Of a DNA stretch of 64,000 nt, positions 1 through 8,507 are shown piece after piece. The notes beneath the pieces are model-generated. The model was given only the letters and a program-made list of their open reading frames with translations. It did not search any database and was not told the DNA's origin. Position numbers and translations under genes: made by a program. Source of the stretch: Escherichia coli (lineage in GTDB: Bacteria > Pseudomonadota > Gammaproteobacteria > Enterobacterales > Enterobacteriaceae); NCBI RefSeq assembly GCF_030013205.1, contig NZ_CP122648.1. One strand, written 5' to 3'. The stretch's first letter is position 1. The number at the start of each line of letters is the position of its first letter.

Positions 1-1441
1 TATCAGTAAGGGTTGTTTCGCTGTATCGTTCCTGGAAAAACAGTTGCTGCCATTGTCGAACCATCCCTAACCGTTGGTTATCGAGTAAGACGATTTTCAA
101 CGGTAACTGCTTGCGTTTTACGGTGCCCAGCTCTTGCACATTCATCATGAAAGAGCCGTCACCGGAGATACAGACGACGGTATCGTTCGGTCGCGCGACT
201 TGCGCGCCAACCGCCGCAGGTAAACCAAAACCCATGGTACCTAAGCCGCTGGAGGTGATGAAATTTTCCGGACGAGTGTGGGCGATGTGCTGCGCAGCCC
301 ACATCTGGTGCTGCCCCACATCTGTGGTCACGACGCAATCCGCAGGTTTACGATCCGACAGTTGTTTTAACAACAACGGCGCGTAGATAGCGTCACCGGG
401 ATGGTCGTAGCGCCAGGTATGTTCATCAAGCAGCTGCGCGCAGTATTGCTGCCAGTCATTGATATTTAACGGCTGCTGTAATGCTGGTAACAGAGCATTT
501 AAATCACCCTGTAATGCCACATGTGCCTGACGCAGCTTGTTCATTTCTGCCGGGTCGATATCCATATGGATAACACTGGCGAGTGGTGCGAAGGTGTTCA
601 GTTTGCCGGTCACCCGGTCATCAAAACGTGCACCCACGGCGATCAGCAAGTCGCACTCCTGAACCGCGAAGTTCGCCGCTTTGGTGCCGTGCATTCCCAG
701 CATGCCCAGATAGTACGGATAATCTGCTTCAACTGCGCCCAGCCCTTTCAGCGTGCAGGTGGCAGGCATTTTTGTGGTAGCGAGAAATTCACGCAGAGCG
801 GGAACTGCCTGCGCCATGCCCACGCCACCGCCAACGTACAGCATCGGTTTTTGCGCCTTTGCCAGCATCTGGCGCGCTTGCTCGACTTCGGCATGTGGGA
901 AATTCACTTCGTTTTCAACGGTGGTGAACCATGGTTCCAGATCGCCGCTGGCTAACTGGATATCTTTTGGGATATCGACCAGAACCGGACCAGGACGACC
1001 TGAGCTGGCAACGTCGAATGCTTCAGCCATGATGCGCGGCAACTCTTCCAGCGACTGCACCAGAAAGCTGTGCTTGGTACAGGCTAATGACAATCCCAGT
1101 ACATCCACTTCCTGAAATGCGTCAGTGCCGATAAACGGTGCAGATACCTGACCGGTGATGGCAACGACAGGGATGGAATCTAACAGTGCGTCCGCAAGCC
1201 CGGTTATCAGGTTGGTTGCACCTGGACCAGACGTGGCGATACATACGCCAGTTTTGCCGGTAGCACGGGCATAACCGATAGCCGCCATTGCTGCACCTTG
1301 CTCGTGTCGGCACAGCAAGTGTTCCACGCCACCGTCATACAATGCATCGTAAACCGGCATAATTGCGCCACCCGGATAACCGAAAACGGTGTTCACACCC
1401 TGTGCCCGCAACGCATGTACCACCCACTGTGCGCCATTCAT
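1..1441 (-). CDS. ilvG: acetolactate synthase II large subunit, 5' portion (3' end lies beyond window start)
   Basis: Minus-strand translation from ATG at 1439-1441 begins [14 protein letters not shown]; lies directly downstream of ilvL/ilvX; no complete minus ORF is listed here, consistent with an open frame running off the window edge. Confidence 0.85.
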   Translation of the reverse strand, partial: MNGAQWVVHALRAQGVNTVFGYPGGAIMPVYDALYDGGVEHLLCRHEQGAAMAAIGYARATGKTGVCIATSGPGATNLITGLADALLDSIPVVAITGQVSAPFIGTDAFQEVDVLGLSLACTKHSFLVQSLEELPRIMAEAFDVASSGRPGPVLVDIPKDIQLASGDLEPWFTTVENEVNFPHAEVEQARQMLAKAQKPMLYVGGGVGMAQAVPALREFLATTKMPATCTLKGLGAVEADYPYYLGMLGMHGTKAANFAVQECDLLIAVGARFDDRVTGKLNTFAPLASVIHMDIDPAEMNKLRQAHVALQGDLNALLPALQQPLNINDWQQYCAQLLDEHTWRYDHPGDAIYAPLLLKQLSDRKPADCVVTTDVGQHQMWAAQHIAHTRPENFITSSGLGTMGFGLPAAVGAQVARPNDTVVCISGDGSFMMNVQELGTVKRKQLPLKIVLLDNQRLGMVRQWQQLFFQERYSETTLTD

Positions 1442-1443
1442 AG

Positions 1444-1494
1444 TTAGTTCCCCGTCCTGAATCTTGAGAAACAGAATTTTGTGCTGTTATTCAT
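1444..1494 (-). CDS. ilvX: ilvX small peptide (16 aa)
   Basis: Minus-strand ATG AAT AAC AGC ACA AAA TTC TGT TTC TCA AGA TTC AGG ACG GGG AAC TAA = [16 protein letters not shown], immediately upstream of ilvG start. Confidence 0.6.
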   Translation of the reverse strand: MNNSTKFCFSRFRTGN

Positions 1495-1523
1495 TGTCTG
1501 CTCCTCAGTTATGTTTTTAAGGT

Positions 1524-1558
1524 CAAAAAAAACCCCCGGACCTTTCGGTGCGGGGGTC
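1524..1558 (-). terminator. ilvL attenuator terminator (GC-rich hairpin followed by U-run on minus strand)
   Basis: Plus strand aaaaaaaacccccggacctttcggtgcggggg; on the minus strand this is a cccccgcacc..ggtccggggg hairpin followed by eight U, located between ilvL and ilvX. Confidence 0.7.
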
Positions 1559-1580
1559 TTAGTTCGTTAAGGCTTGATCT

Positions 1581-1679
1581 CTAAGCCTTTCCTCGTCCAA
1601 GTGCAGCCCCGCACGGTGGGATAATAATCACCACCACGCTAATCACGACCAGGCTAATCACTCGTAGAAGGACTGTCAT
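1581..1679 (-). CDS. ilvL: ilvGMEDA leader peptide
   Basis: Minus-strand ORF translating MTVLLRVISLVVISVVVIIIPPCGAALGRGKA (Ile/Val/Leu-rich leader); stop TAG at 1581-1583. Confidence 0.8.
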   Translation of the reverse strand: MTVLLRVISLVVISVVVIIIPPCGAALGRGKA

Positions 1680-2031
1680 TTTGTCTTTTCTTGCATCTTG
1701 TTCGAAGGAATGCCTAAAGAGTTACCATAGATTTTGCGAATAGCACAAGATATTTTTTGGCCTATTTTTATGATGTCTTTAATAATTTCAAGAGAAATTG
1801 TTGTTTTTTAAAAAGAAAATAGTGAGTGAAAAAAATTCAATTTCAGTATGAATGTTGTTCCCTTCCTCGTAGTTCATCCTTTGCCCGCTGCATTTTTGCG
1901 AGCATCATTCCACCGCCAGAACAACTCAACTTCACTTACACAAATAAACCGGAATCAGCCACTAAAATTCACGAATTAGCGGGCTACAGCAGCGATATCT
2001 TATGCACATAATGGTGACTCAAGGAGGGCTT

Positions 2032-2211
2032 ATGTCACTGTCAATTGTTCATACCCGCGCAGCCCTGGGAGTAAATGCGCCCCCAATCACTGTTGAGGTA
2101 CATATCAGTAAAGGTCTACCCGGCTTAACGATGGTGGGCTTACCAGAAACAACGGTAAAAGAAGCCCGCGATCGCGTGCGCAGCGCCATTATCAATAGCG
2201 GATTTTTATAA
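2032..2211 (+). pseudogene. comM: comM (yifB) 5' fragment, truncated by island insertion after codon ~57
   Basis: Translation MSLSIVHTRAALGVNAPPITVEVHISKGLPGLTMVGLPETTVKEARDRVRSAIINSGF then diverges (L, stop) at the junction; the rest of the gene resumes at 16913. Confidence 0.85.
2194..2203. repeat. attL core copy (aatagcggat)
   Basis: Identical 10-mer at 16907..16916; lies at the exact point where the comM frame breaks. Confidence 0.5.
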
Positions 2212-2300
2212 ATTAGTGTTTTTTGCTGTTTCATAATGTGCCACGTTGTTCATTATGTTTTTGATTTTTAAGTCTATTACAATTTTCATTGTTCCAGCTT

Positions 2301-2353
2301 GTTCCACGTTGTACCCCTTTGTGCAATGATCGGTGTAGTCACTGGTGTAGTCA
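2301..2353. repeat. Subterminal left repeat (gttccacgttgt ... cggtgtagtcactggtgtagtca), candidate integrase arm-type site
   Basis: Imperfect ~55-bp direct repeat of 16781..16838 near the opposite island end. Confidence 0.45.
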
Positions 2354-2391
2354 TTTTTTTTGCAAACAGGGGAGGAAATGTGAGCAGAGCA

Positions 2392-3609
2392 ATGAACAAA
2401 CTGAGCGACACATTGTTAAGAAAACTTCATGGTAAGCCGGCGGAGAAAAATACGTTTTATAGCGATGGCGGAAATCTGAGCGTGAAATATTTAACATCAG
2501 GGAAATTGACCTGGTATTTCACTTACAGGGCGGGAACGGGAAGGGGTACACCACCGGAACGCCTGAAGCTGGGAAATTATCCTGATCTGAGCCTGAAAGC
2601 AGCCAGGGAAAAAGCAGCACAGTGTCGCGCATGGCTGGCAGAAGGAAAAAATCCACGCCATGAGCTTAATTACTCCATACAGGAAGCACTAAAGCCGGTA
2701 ACGGTGGGCGATGCGATCAGCTACTGGCTGGAAATGCACGTAAAGGAAAACCGTGTCGATTACGTATGCCTGAAAAGCCGCCTTAATAATCACGTCATAC
2801 AGCATATTGGCAATATGCCACTGGATAAATGCGAGTTACGTCACTGGCTGGCCTGTTTTGACCGGATACGCAAAAAATCACCCGTAACATCTGGCCACAT
2901 GATGCAGGCGTGTAAACAGGCGCTTAAGTTCTGCCGTAAACGTCGCTACGCAGTCAGTAACGTTCTGGATGATCTCAACGTGGTGGACGTTGGCAAAAAG
3001 CCGGGCATAAGCGAACGCGTGCTGAGCAACAAAGAACTGAGCGAATTATTACAGGCGCTGGATAAAAAAATATTCCCGCCCTACTACAGCGCACTAATCC
3101 GCCTCCTGATTGTGTTCGGCTGCCGGACCGGAGAACTGAGGCTGTCGGAGATCAGGGAGTGGGATTTTAAGGAAATGCTCTGGACAGTACCGAAAGAGCA
3201 CAGCAAAACGAAGGTCGCCATATTCAGGCCAATACCGGAAAGCATTTTGCCGTTCGTCACACAGCTGGTGGAGCAGAACAGGCACACAGGGCTATTACTC
3301 GGGGAACTGAAACAGGAAGCCAGCGTGTCGCAATACGGCAGATTCACGCACAAAAAATTAAACCATCCGCACTGGTCACTACACGATATACGGCGCACGT
3401 TTACCACGATGCTGAACGATTTAGGCGTGGATCCACATATTGTCGAACAACTCACCGCTCACCAGATGCCAGGGATGCAACGAGTCTATAACCACTCCCG
3501 TTATATCGATGCGAAACGTAATGCGCTGGATATGTGGACAGAGCGATTAGAGATACTGGCAGGTGCTCACGAAAACGTAACCACACTGCCAATAGCCAGA
3601 GAAATATAA
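2392..3609 (+). CDS. int: Tyrosine recombinase / phage integrase
   Basis: ORF 2299..3609; likely start ATG 2392 (MNKLSDT) after GGGAGGA at 2368-2376; C-terminal HDIRRTF...VYNHSRY region consistent with a tyrosine-recombinase catalytic domain; abuts attL. Confidence 0.85.
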   Translation: MNKLSDTLLRKLHGKPAEKNTFYSDGGNLSVKYLTSGKLTWYFTYRAGTGRGTPPERLKLGNYPDLSLKAAREKAAQCRAWLAEGKNPRHELNYSIQEALKPVTVGDAISYWLEMHVKENRVDYVCLKSRLNNHVIQHIGNMPLDKCELRHWLACFDRIRKKSPVTSGHMMQACKQALKFCRKRRYAVSNVLDDLNVVDVGKKPGISERVLSNKELSELLQALDKKIFPPYYSALIRLLIVFGCRTGELRLSEIREWDFKEMLWTVPKEHSKTKVAIFRPIPESILPFVTQLVEQNRHTGLLLGELKQEASVSQYGRFTHKKLNHPHWSLHDIRRTFTTMLNDLGVDPHIVEQLTAHQMPGMQRVYNHSRYIDAKRNALDMWTERLEILAGAHENVTTLPIAREI

Positions 3610-3627
3610 TTTTTTTCGCGATTTTTC

Positions 3628-3690
3628 AGAACGGACACAACGTGAAACAACGAGACACAACGACGAACAACGGCGAACAATCTGGAACAA
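3628..3690 (+). repeat. Array of six ~10-bp direct repeats (RAACAACG family) downstream of int
   Basis: acacaacg tgaaacaacg agacacaacg acgaacaacg gcgaacaatc tggaacaaac read directly from sequence. Confidence 0.4.
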
Positions 3691-3976
3691 ACTTGATTAT
3701 CATCTGACCGACACCCTAAAAAGTTGATTTTCAGTCGTTTTACTGGCTTTTTGTACATTGGCGAATCACTCTTAAAAACATGTAAAAAAGGCGTAAAAAC
3801 AGAATTTTACGCTACCGCATCACAATGAATTAAAAGAGTTTTTATTCTCATTACCCCACTTCTGTAAAACGACCGCCACCAGTGTTTGCCATTCCATAAA
3901 CACCCTGACACAATCCGACCCAACCCAACCCAATAATCCACCCAATGACTCTTTAAGAAACAACAAAGGGGGAATT

Positions 3977-4165
3977 GTGTTAAGCACAGATCGCTTTATA
4001 CGTGAAAAAGAATGTCAGCAACTTACAGGCCTGAGCCGTTCATGCCGCTACCGCCTGGAAAAAGCCGGACAATTCCCATCACGGCGTAAACTCGGTGGTC
4101 GTTCCGTTGGCTGGTCTTTATCCGAAGTTCTGGCATGGAAGGACAGCCGCGAGGCAGTTCACTAA
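3977..4165 (+). CDS. alpA: AlpA-family phage transcriptional regulator (62 aa)
   Basis: GTG start after AAAGGGGGA; translation LTGLSRSCRYRLEKAGQFPSRRKLGGRSVGWSLSEVLAW resembles the AlpA/prophage CP4-57 regulator HTH. Confidence 0.7.
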   Translation: MLSTDRFIREKECQQLTGLSRSCRYRLEKAGQFPSRRKLGGRSVGWSLSEVLAWKDSREAVH

Positions 4166-4217
4166 TCAGGCTGGCGGCACACAGCCGCCTCCCATCCACT
4201 AATACAGAGATTTAACC

Positions 4218-5018
4218 ATGAATACTGGATATACGCCTGTACAGGGGCGGGGCTTCGTTCGGCCTGAAAAACAGAATCTGCAAAATTTCGCTGAAATTAT
4301 TCCGGTTATTTCCGGCGTTATTGGTGGGCGTGAAACCACTATTGTTAGCGCCAGAGCGTTACATAAGGCGTTAGGTGTAGGGCGCGTTTTCCGTTCGTGG
4401 ATCAAGGGGCGCATTGAAGAATACGGGTTCACGGAAGGCGTGGATTATGAGGTTGTTGAATATTTGAGCCGACCCGATCCGGTGAGCGCAAAATCTCGCC
4501 AGCAAACCGCTCTTGAGTACATCATCACAGTGAACATGGCGAAAGAACTGGCGATGGTCGAACGTACCGAACAGGGCCGCGCCGTTCGCCAGTACTTTAT
4601 CAAATGCGAGGAGGAGCTACACAAGGTAGCGCCAGTGCGTTCCGCAGCGTTACGCCGGGAACTGAAAGCCCGTATCACCGTTGCCAGCTACTTTAAGCCA
4701 ATGTGTGCCGCGCTGGAGGCGTACCGGGCTGAACTGGGTAAAAACACGTTCCAGCACCACTACACCACGGAAGCCAATATGCTGGCGCGTATCGTGCTGG
4801 GTGGCATGACTGCAAAACAGTGGGCGCAGGCGAACGGCATCACAGGCGAACCACGCGACCACATGAGCACGTTGCAGCTTGAGCACCTTTCTTACCTTGA
4901 GCAGAGCAATATCACGCTGATTGAGTTAGGCCAGGGCTACCACCAGCGGAAAGCTGAATTAATTCGTCTTTCGCAGCGTTGGTTAGCCCGTCGCATGGAG
5001 GAAAACAGCCATGTGTAA
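4218..5018 (+). CDS. Phage antirepressor-like protein (266 aa)
   Basis: N-terminal ...TIVSARALHKALGVGRVFRSWIKGRIEEYGFTEGVDYEV resembles Bro-N/Rha/ORF6N-type antirepressor domains (recollection, unverified). Confidence 0.55.
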   Translation: MNTGYTPVQGRGFVRPEKQNLQNFAEIIPVISGVIGGRETTIVSARALHKALGVGRVFRSWIKGRIEEYGFTEGVDYEVVEYLSRPDPVSAKSRQQTALEYIITVNMAKELAMVERTEQGRAVRQYFIKCEEELHKVAPVRSAALRRELKARITVASYFKPMCAALEAYRAELGKNTFQHHYTTEANMLARIVLGGMTAKQWAQANGITGEPRDHMSTLQLEHLSYLEQSNITLIELGQGYHQRKAELIRLSQRWLARRMEENSHV

Positions 5019-5414
5019 CGCTCTGACCGTTACAAAAAGAGAAAGCGCCCCGTTGCCGGAGCGCCTTTGTGAACGAATAGCCTACTGCGCCATATTGCTT
5101 ACTGTCTACGAGGCAGATTATAGCGTTGTGGTCGCACAGAGTGAAGGCGCTGATCACCGTTACTACAGCACGCCAGAAATGCAGAATATTTTGCTGCAAA
5201 ATGCCGTTGGTCACGCCGTCCGGAAAGCAAAAAATTTTGCTGGTGGCGCGACTGATGCGATTTTGTCAGGTCGCCAGGTGCTGATCAATCTGATGTCTGA
5301 TTTCGTTCTGGATAAAACAAAGGCGACCGCAGAGGGTCGCCAGTGGGTATTACGGCAAATCAAACTTGAACGCATCACCAACAATGCCACATTTGCGGCT
5401 GGTGGGCAATGTGA

Positions 5415-5603
5415 TCAGTCAGATTTGGTTCGTTCCAGGGTTTGCAACGAGAGCTTTTTCCTGCGCTCTTTAAGGAATTTCTCAAGAGCAAACGAACAAG
5501 GTGCGAATCTTTCTGATTCATGCTCTATCTTTCTGCGCCGTCTTTTCCGTGTCGGTGATAATGTTTTGGTCAATTCTTTATCGGTCATTGTGTTGTCCTG
5601 CAT
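5415..5603 (-). CDS. Small basic hypothetical protein (62 aa)
   Basis: Minus-strand ORF with Arg/Lys-rich segment TRKRRRRKIEHESERF; downstream of the RHH gene on the same strand; no clear SD. Confidence 0.35.
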   Translation of the reverse strand: MQDNTMTDKELTKTLSPTRKRRRRKIEHESERFAPCSFALEKFLKERRKKLSLQTLERTKSD

Positions 5604-5645
5604 AGCAATGCGCCGTAGTTACTCACACCACGGCGCTGATAGTGA

Positions 5646-5843
5646 TTATTCTGATTCTTTGGCCTTCCGGCGCTGTTCATATTTTAATTTGCGTCCACAG
5701 GCATCTAAGACCCATGCGGAAAAATTAGCACTAGGATTAGTTAATTTTTCTTGTTCAACGCTGGCATCAATCCCATCTATAAGCTCATGTGGGAATCGAA
5801 TATTTTTCTTTGCTGATTTGTTGTTTGTGTTACCGCTAGACAT
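5646..5843 (-). CDS. Ribbon-helix-helix (CopG/Arc-like) putative repressor (65 aa)
   Basis: KKNIRFPHELIDGIDASV (beta strand) followed by NFSAWVLDACGRKL (helix) pattern; GAGG SD 7 nt upstream; start abuts the palindromic operator cluster. Confidence 0.55.
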   Translation of the reverse strand: MSSGNTNNKSAKKNIRFPHELIDGIDASVEQEKLTNPSANFSAWVLDACGRKLKYEQRRKAKESE

Positions 5844-5870
5844 TGATGCACCTCACTTAAATGGACTTTA

Positions 5871-5951
5871 TGGGCGCACACAATACAGCAAAAAAAATGA
5901 GATGTTAAGTATTGACATGTGCGCACACATGATTTTAATCTGTGCGCACAG
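5871..5951. promoter_or_regulatory. Divergent promoter/operator region with three TGTGCGCACA palindromes
   Basis: tgggcgcaca 5871-5880, tgtgcgcaca 5918-5927, ctgtgcgcacag 5940-5951; TTGACA at 5912-5917 with a 17-bp spacer and ttaatc as candidate -10, so operators sit in the spacer and just downstream. Confidence 0.5.
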
Positions 5952-6048
5952 TTTGAGTTTTGTCACTCAAATTAAGCAACGCCCCGCAGTGCTCGCAACA
6001 CATGCAGGGCGTCTAACCACCAACGATAGCAAGAGTATCGAGGTAGCT

Positions 6049-6252
6049 ATGAGAAATCATACCACACACCCGCAAGGGCGGGACTCGCACAACCTGAATA
6101 AATATATCTGGCGTTTTATCGCCCTGAGCACCGCACAACCGCGCGTGATTCACATCGTGGCCACCAGCGAACAGGAAGCACGCCAGCAATCTCCTGATGG
6201 CTGCGTGATGGTATTCGCTGCCCGTATTCGTCAGGGGGTAAGTCATGCATAA
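6049..6252 (+). CDS. Hypothetical small protein (67 aa), first gene of early operon
   Basis: Internal ATG of the long stop-free frame, preceded by GAGGTAG; 3' end overlaps the next start (ATG 6245). Confidence 0.4.
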   Translation: MRNHTTHPQGRDSHNLNKYIWRFIALSTAQPRVIHIVATSEQEARQQSPDGCVMVFAARIRQGVSHA

Positions 6253-6610
6253 CCTGTCAATTTCTGACCTTAACTGCATTCAGTTTGACGAGAAATTTAC
6301 CGGGCAGCTACTGGTCCATGTGGAGAACGGGCGCATAGTGCGTAATTACCACCTGCCGGATGGTGCAATTGCCGGAAGTGTTGAAGCATTGCTGGAACTG
6401 GCAGAGCGTGCGCGACTGATTAATCCGTCAACGTGCTATCACGATGATGATCTGCATTTTACCGGACGCATGGTGAGCCATTATGAAAACGGCGTTGAGG
6501 TATCCCGCGAACGTATGCGTGATGATTGCTGTTTCGGCACACTGCCGGAATTTATCGAGTTGCTGACCAGTTGCGGTTATCAGGTTATTCAGGGGGTGAA
6601 TTATGGATAA
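6245..6610 (+). CDS. Hypothetical protein (121 aa) with two copies of a ~50-aa repeat module
   Basis: FTGQLLVHVENGRIV...GSVEALLELAERA and FTGRMVSHYENGVEV...GTLPEFIELLTSCG within one ORF; overlaps neighbours at both ends. Confidence 0.6.
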   Translation: MHNLSISDLNCIQFDEKFTGQLLVHVENGRIVRNYHLPDGAIAGSVEALLELAERARLINPSTCYHDDDLHFTGRMVSHYENGVEVSRERMRDDCCFGTLPEFIELLTSCGYQVIQGVNYG

Positions 6611-6803
6611 TCAGCAAGCAACAATGACAATTACCCTGAGTGCGCCAGATGATTTCACCGGACGCATACTGGTTTACCTGGATAAAGGAAAAGTGAAATC
6701 ACAATGCCGACTGAAAAGTAATGAGATTGTTGGTTCTCCTGAATTTTTTTCTGAACTCTGTATTCGTGCGGAAATAAAACCGGAACTGCTGACAGGAAAA
6801 TAA
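6603..6803 (+). CDS. Hypothetical protein (66 aa), single copy of the same repeat module
   Basis: FTGRILVYLDKGKV...GSPEFFSELCIRAEI; start overlaps the previous stop. Confidence 0.6.
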   Translation: MDNQQATMTITLSAPDDFTGRILVYLDKGKVKSQCRLKSNEIVGSPEFFSELCIRAEIKPELLTGK

Positions 6804-6807
6804 AACC

Positions 6808-7098
6808 ATGAAAAAGAAAAATTCTGGCTTTACTGCCAGCGGCCTCTCTCGGCCTGAAATCCGCCCCGGTGATATTTTCCGGGACACCAGACGCGGGGGA
6901 CGGGTGGTTATTCGTCACGTTACGCCAGGCAATATCACCTACCGCCGTGAGGCTTACGAATATGACTGCGTAATGCCGCGCCGTCAGTTTGATCGTGATT
7001 TTATTCTGGTGGAAAACAAACAACTGGCAGTGGCGAGACGTGCAGCCACGAATATTAAAAAAATCCGGGCAATGTTGGTTGCGGGAGGTAAGAAGTGA
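6808..7098 (+). CDS. Hypothetical basic protein (96 aa)
   Basis: ORF with stop overlapping the GTG start of the helicase gene (GTGA at 7095-7098). Confidence 0.5.
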   Translation: MKKKNSGFTASGLSRPEIRPGDIFRDTRRGGRVVIRHVTPGNITYRREAYEYDCVMPRRQFDRDFILVENKQLAVARRAATNIKKIRAMLVAGGKK

Positions 7099-8507
7099 AA
7101 AACGCACCGAGTCTAAAATATCAGCCGAAGGATAAATTCACTGAGGTAATCATTTTTGCCGGGACGGATGCTTACGCCCATGCTCAACACTGGATTGAAA
7201 GTGAAGGACGAAAACACGGCGATAACGTGCCTCCTGTTTACCTGGGGCCAAAGCAACTGGCAGACCTGGCGAATATCCGCATTATTGACGAGAAACGCCG
7301 TTTTGCGCGTGTCTATATCGCGGGGGAGATAGAGCCAATCCAGATCAATACTATCGCTGAAAAGCTGGCGCTGGCTGGCGTACAGGAGGCGAAATTATAC
7401 AAAGGTATCACCGACCAGGAACCGGAGAACTGGCGCGACTACCTGCAACGGATCCGCGAACAGGCTGAGCGCGAAGAAATGCTTACTGACGAGCAATACA
7501 GCCAGCGAAAAACCACGCTACCAATGAGCATTGGATCGGAAGGATACGATTCACAGCTTAGCTATGTGGTTAAGGGTGTGATTCCGGCTAATTCGTTGTG
7601 CAGCACATACGGTGCGAGCGGTTCTTATAAGTCGTTCCTTGCGTGTTCGTGGGCGTGTCATGTTGCTACCGGTATCCCGTGGGGAGGTCGCAGGGTTGTA
7701 CATGGTGCGGTGATGTATGTCGTTGGTGAGGGCGGGATCGGTGTTCCTCGTCGTATCAAGGCATGGGAACTGGTGAACAGTGAGCAGGTGAAAAATCTGT
7801 ACCTGGTAAATCGTCCAATTTTTCCGGCCGCACCGAGTGATGTTGATGAAATGGTTATTGCTGCCCGACAGGTTGAGCAGGAAACGGGTAAACCTGTACG
7901 CATGATTATTCTGGATACTCTGGCGCGTTGCTTTGGTGGCAGCGATGAAAATGATGCGCGGGATATGGGGGCATTTGTCCATGGATGTGACGAACTGAAA
8001 CGGCGTACAGGCGCTACAGTGCTGGTAATTCACCATTCCGGCAAGGATGAAACAAAGGGTGCGCGCGGTTCCAGTGCGTTTCGTGCAGCACTGGATGCAG
8101 AGTACCGGATACGCCGTGAAGGTGCAGGCAGTGAAGCCCTGGTTATCGCATGTACCAAGATGAAGGATGCGGAGGAACTGAAAGAAATGGCTTGCGATTT
8201 GCGCGAGGTTGAGCTTTTCAAGGATGAAGGCGGGGAGTTAATCACGTCATTGGTGCTGGAGGATAAGCCCCGTCCGCCAGTTGAACTGGAGCGCATCGAG
8301 TACGCTGCTAACAAGACAGAGAATCACGTCGCGCTATGGGGCTGTATCCGTTCACGCACGCAACGCGGAGATAAATGCACTATCCCGTTGTTGCGCGATG
8401 ACATGAAAAAGCTGGGGTATGAGATGAAACACTTCCGGCGCTGGCTGTACAAGCTGGAAGGTGACGGCGTAATCACTATTGACGGTGATGACGTGCGCCC
8501 ACTGTAA
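7095..8507 (+). CDS. Replication helicase/primase-like protein, RecA-fold (AAA_25/RepA-like) ATPase (470 aa)
   Basis: GASGSYKSF Walker-A-like motif, MIILDTLARCFGG and LVIHHSGKDETKGARGSSAF motifs typical of RepA/DnaB-like helicases; iterons immediately downstream. Confidence 0.65.
   Translation: MKNAPSLKYQPKDKFTEVIIFAGTDAYAHAQHWIESEGRKHGDNVPPVYLGPKQLADLANIRIIDEKRRFARVYIAGEIEPIQINTIAEKLALAGVQEAKLYKGITDQEPENWRDYLQRIREQAEREEMLTDEQYSQRKTTLPMSIGSEGYDSQLSYVVKGVIPANSLCSTYGASGSYKSFLACSWACHVATGIPWGGRRVVHGAVMYVVGEGGIGVPRRIKAWELVNSEQVKNLYLVNRPIFPAAPSDVDEMVIAARQVEQETGKPVRMIILDTLARCFGGSDENDARDMGAFVHGCDELKRRTGATVLVIHHSGKDETKGARGSSAFRAALDAEYRIRREGAGSEALVIACTKMKDAEELKEMACDLREVELFKDEGGELITSLVLEDKPRPPVELERIEYAANKTENHVALWGCIRSRTQRGDKCTIPLLRDDMKKLGYEMKHFRRWLYKLEGDGVITIDGDDVRPL

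Noticed and set aside
111-1313. ORFs antisense to or out of frame with ilvG (111..386, 521..955, 583..780, 753..1115, 1122..1313)
   Set aside because: The region is fully explained by the minus-strand ilvG frame; these products have low-complexity, Cys/Arg-rich compositions typical of shadow frames.
5011-6252. 413-aa stop-free plus-strand ORF spanning the repressor/operator region
   Set aside because: Composition over 5420-6040 is Ser/Leu/Arg/Cys/Phe-rich like antisense translation; it runs antisense through two protein-like minus-strand genes and contains the operator palindromes. Only the first ~130 codons (ambiguous) and the final 67 codons (6049..6252) look plausibly coding.
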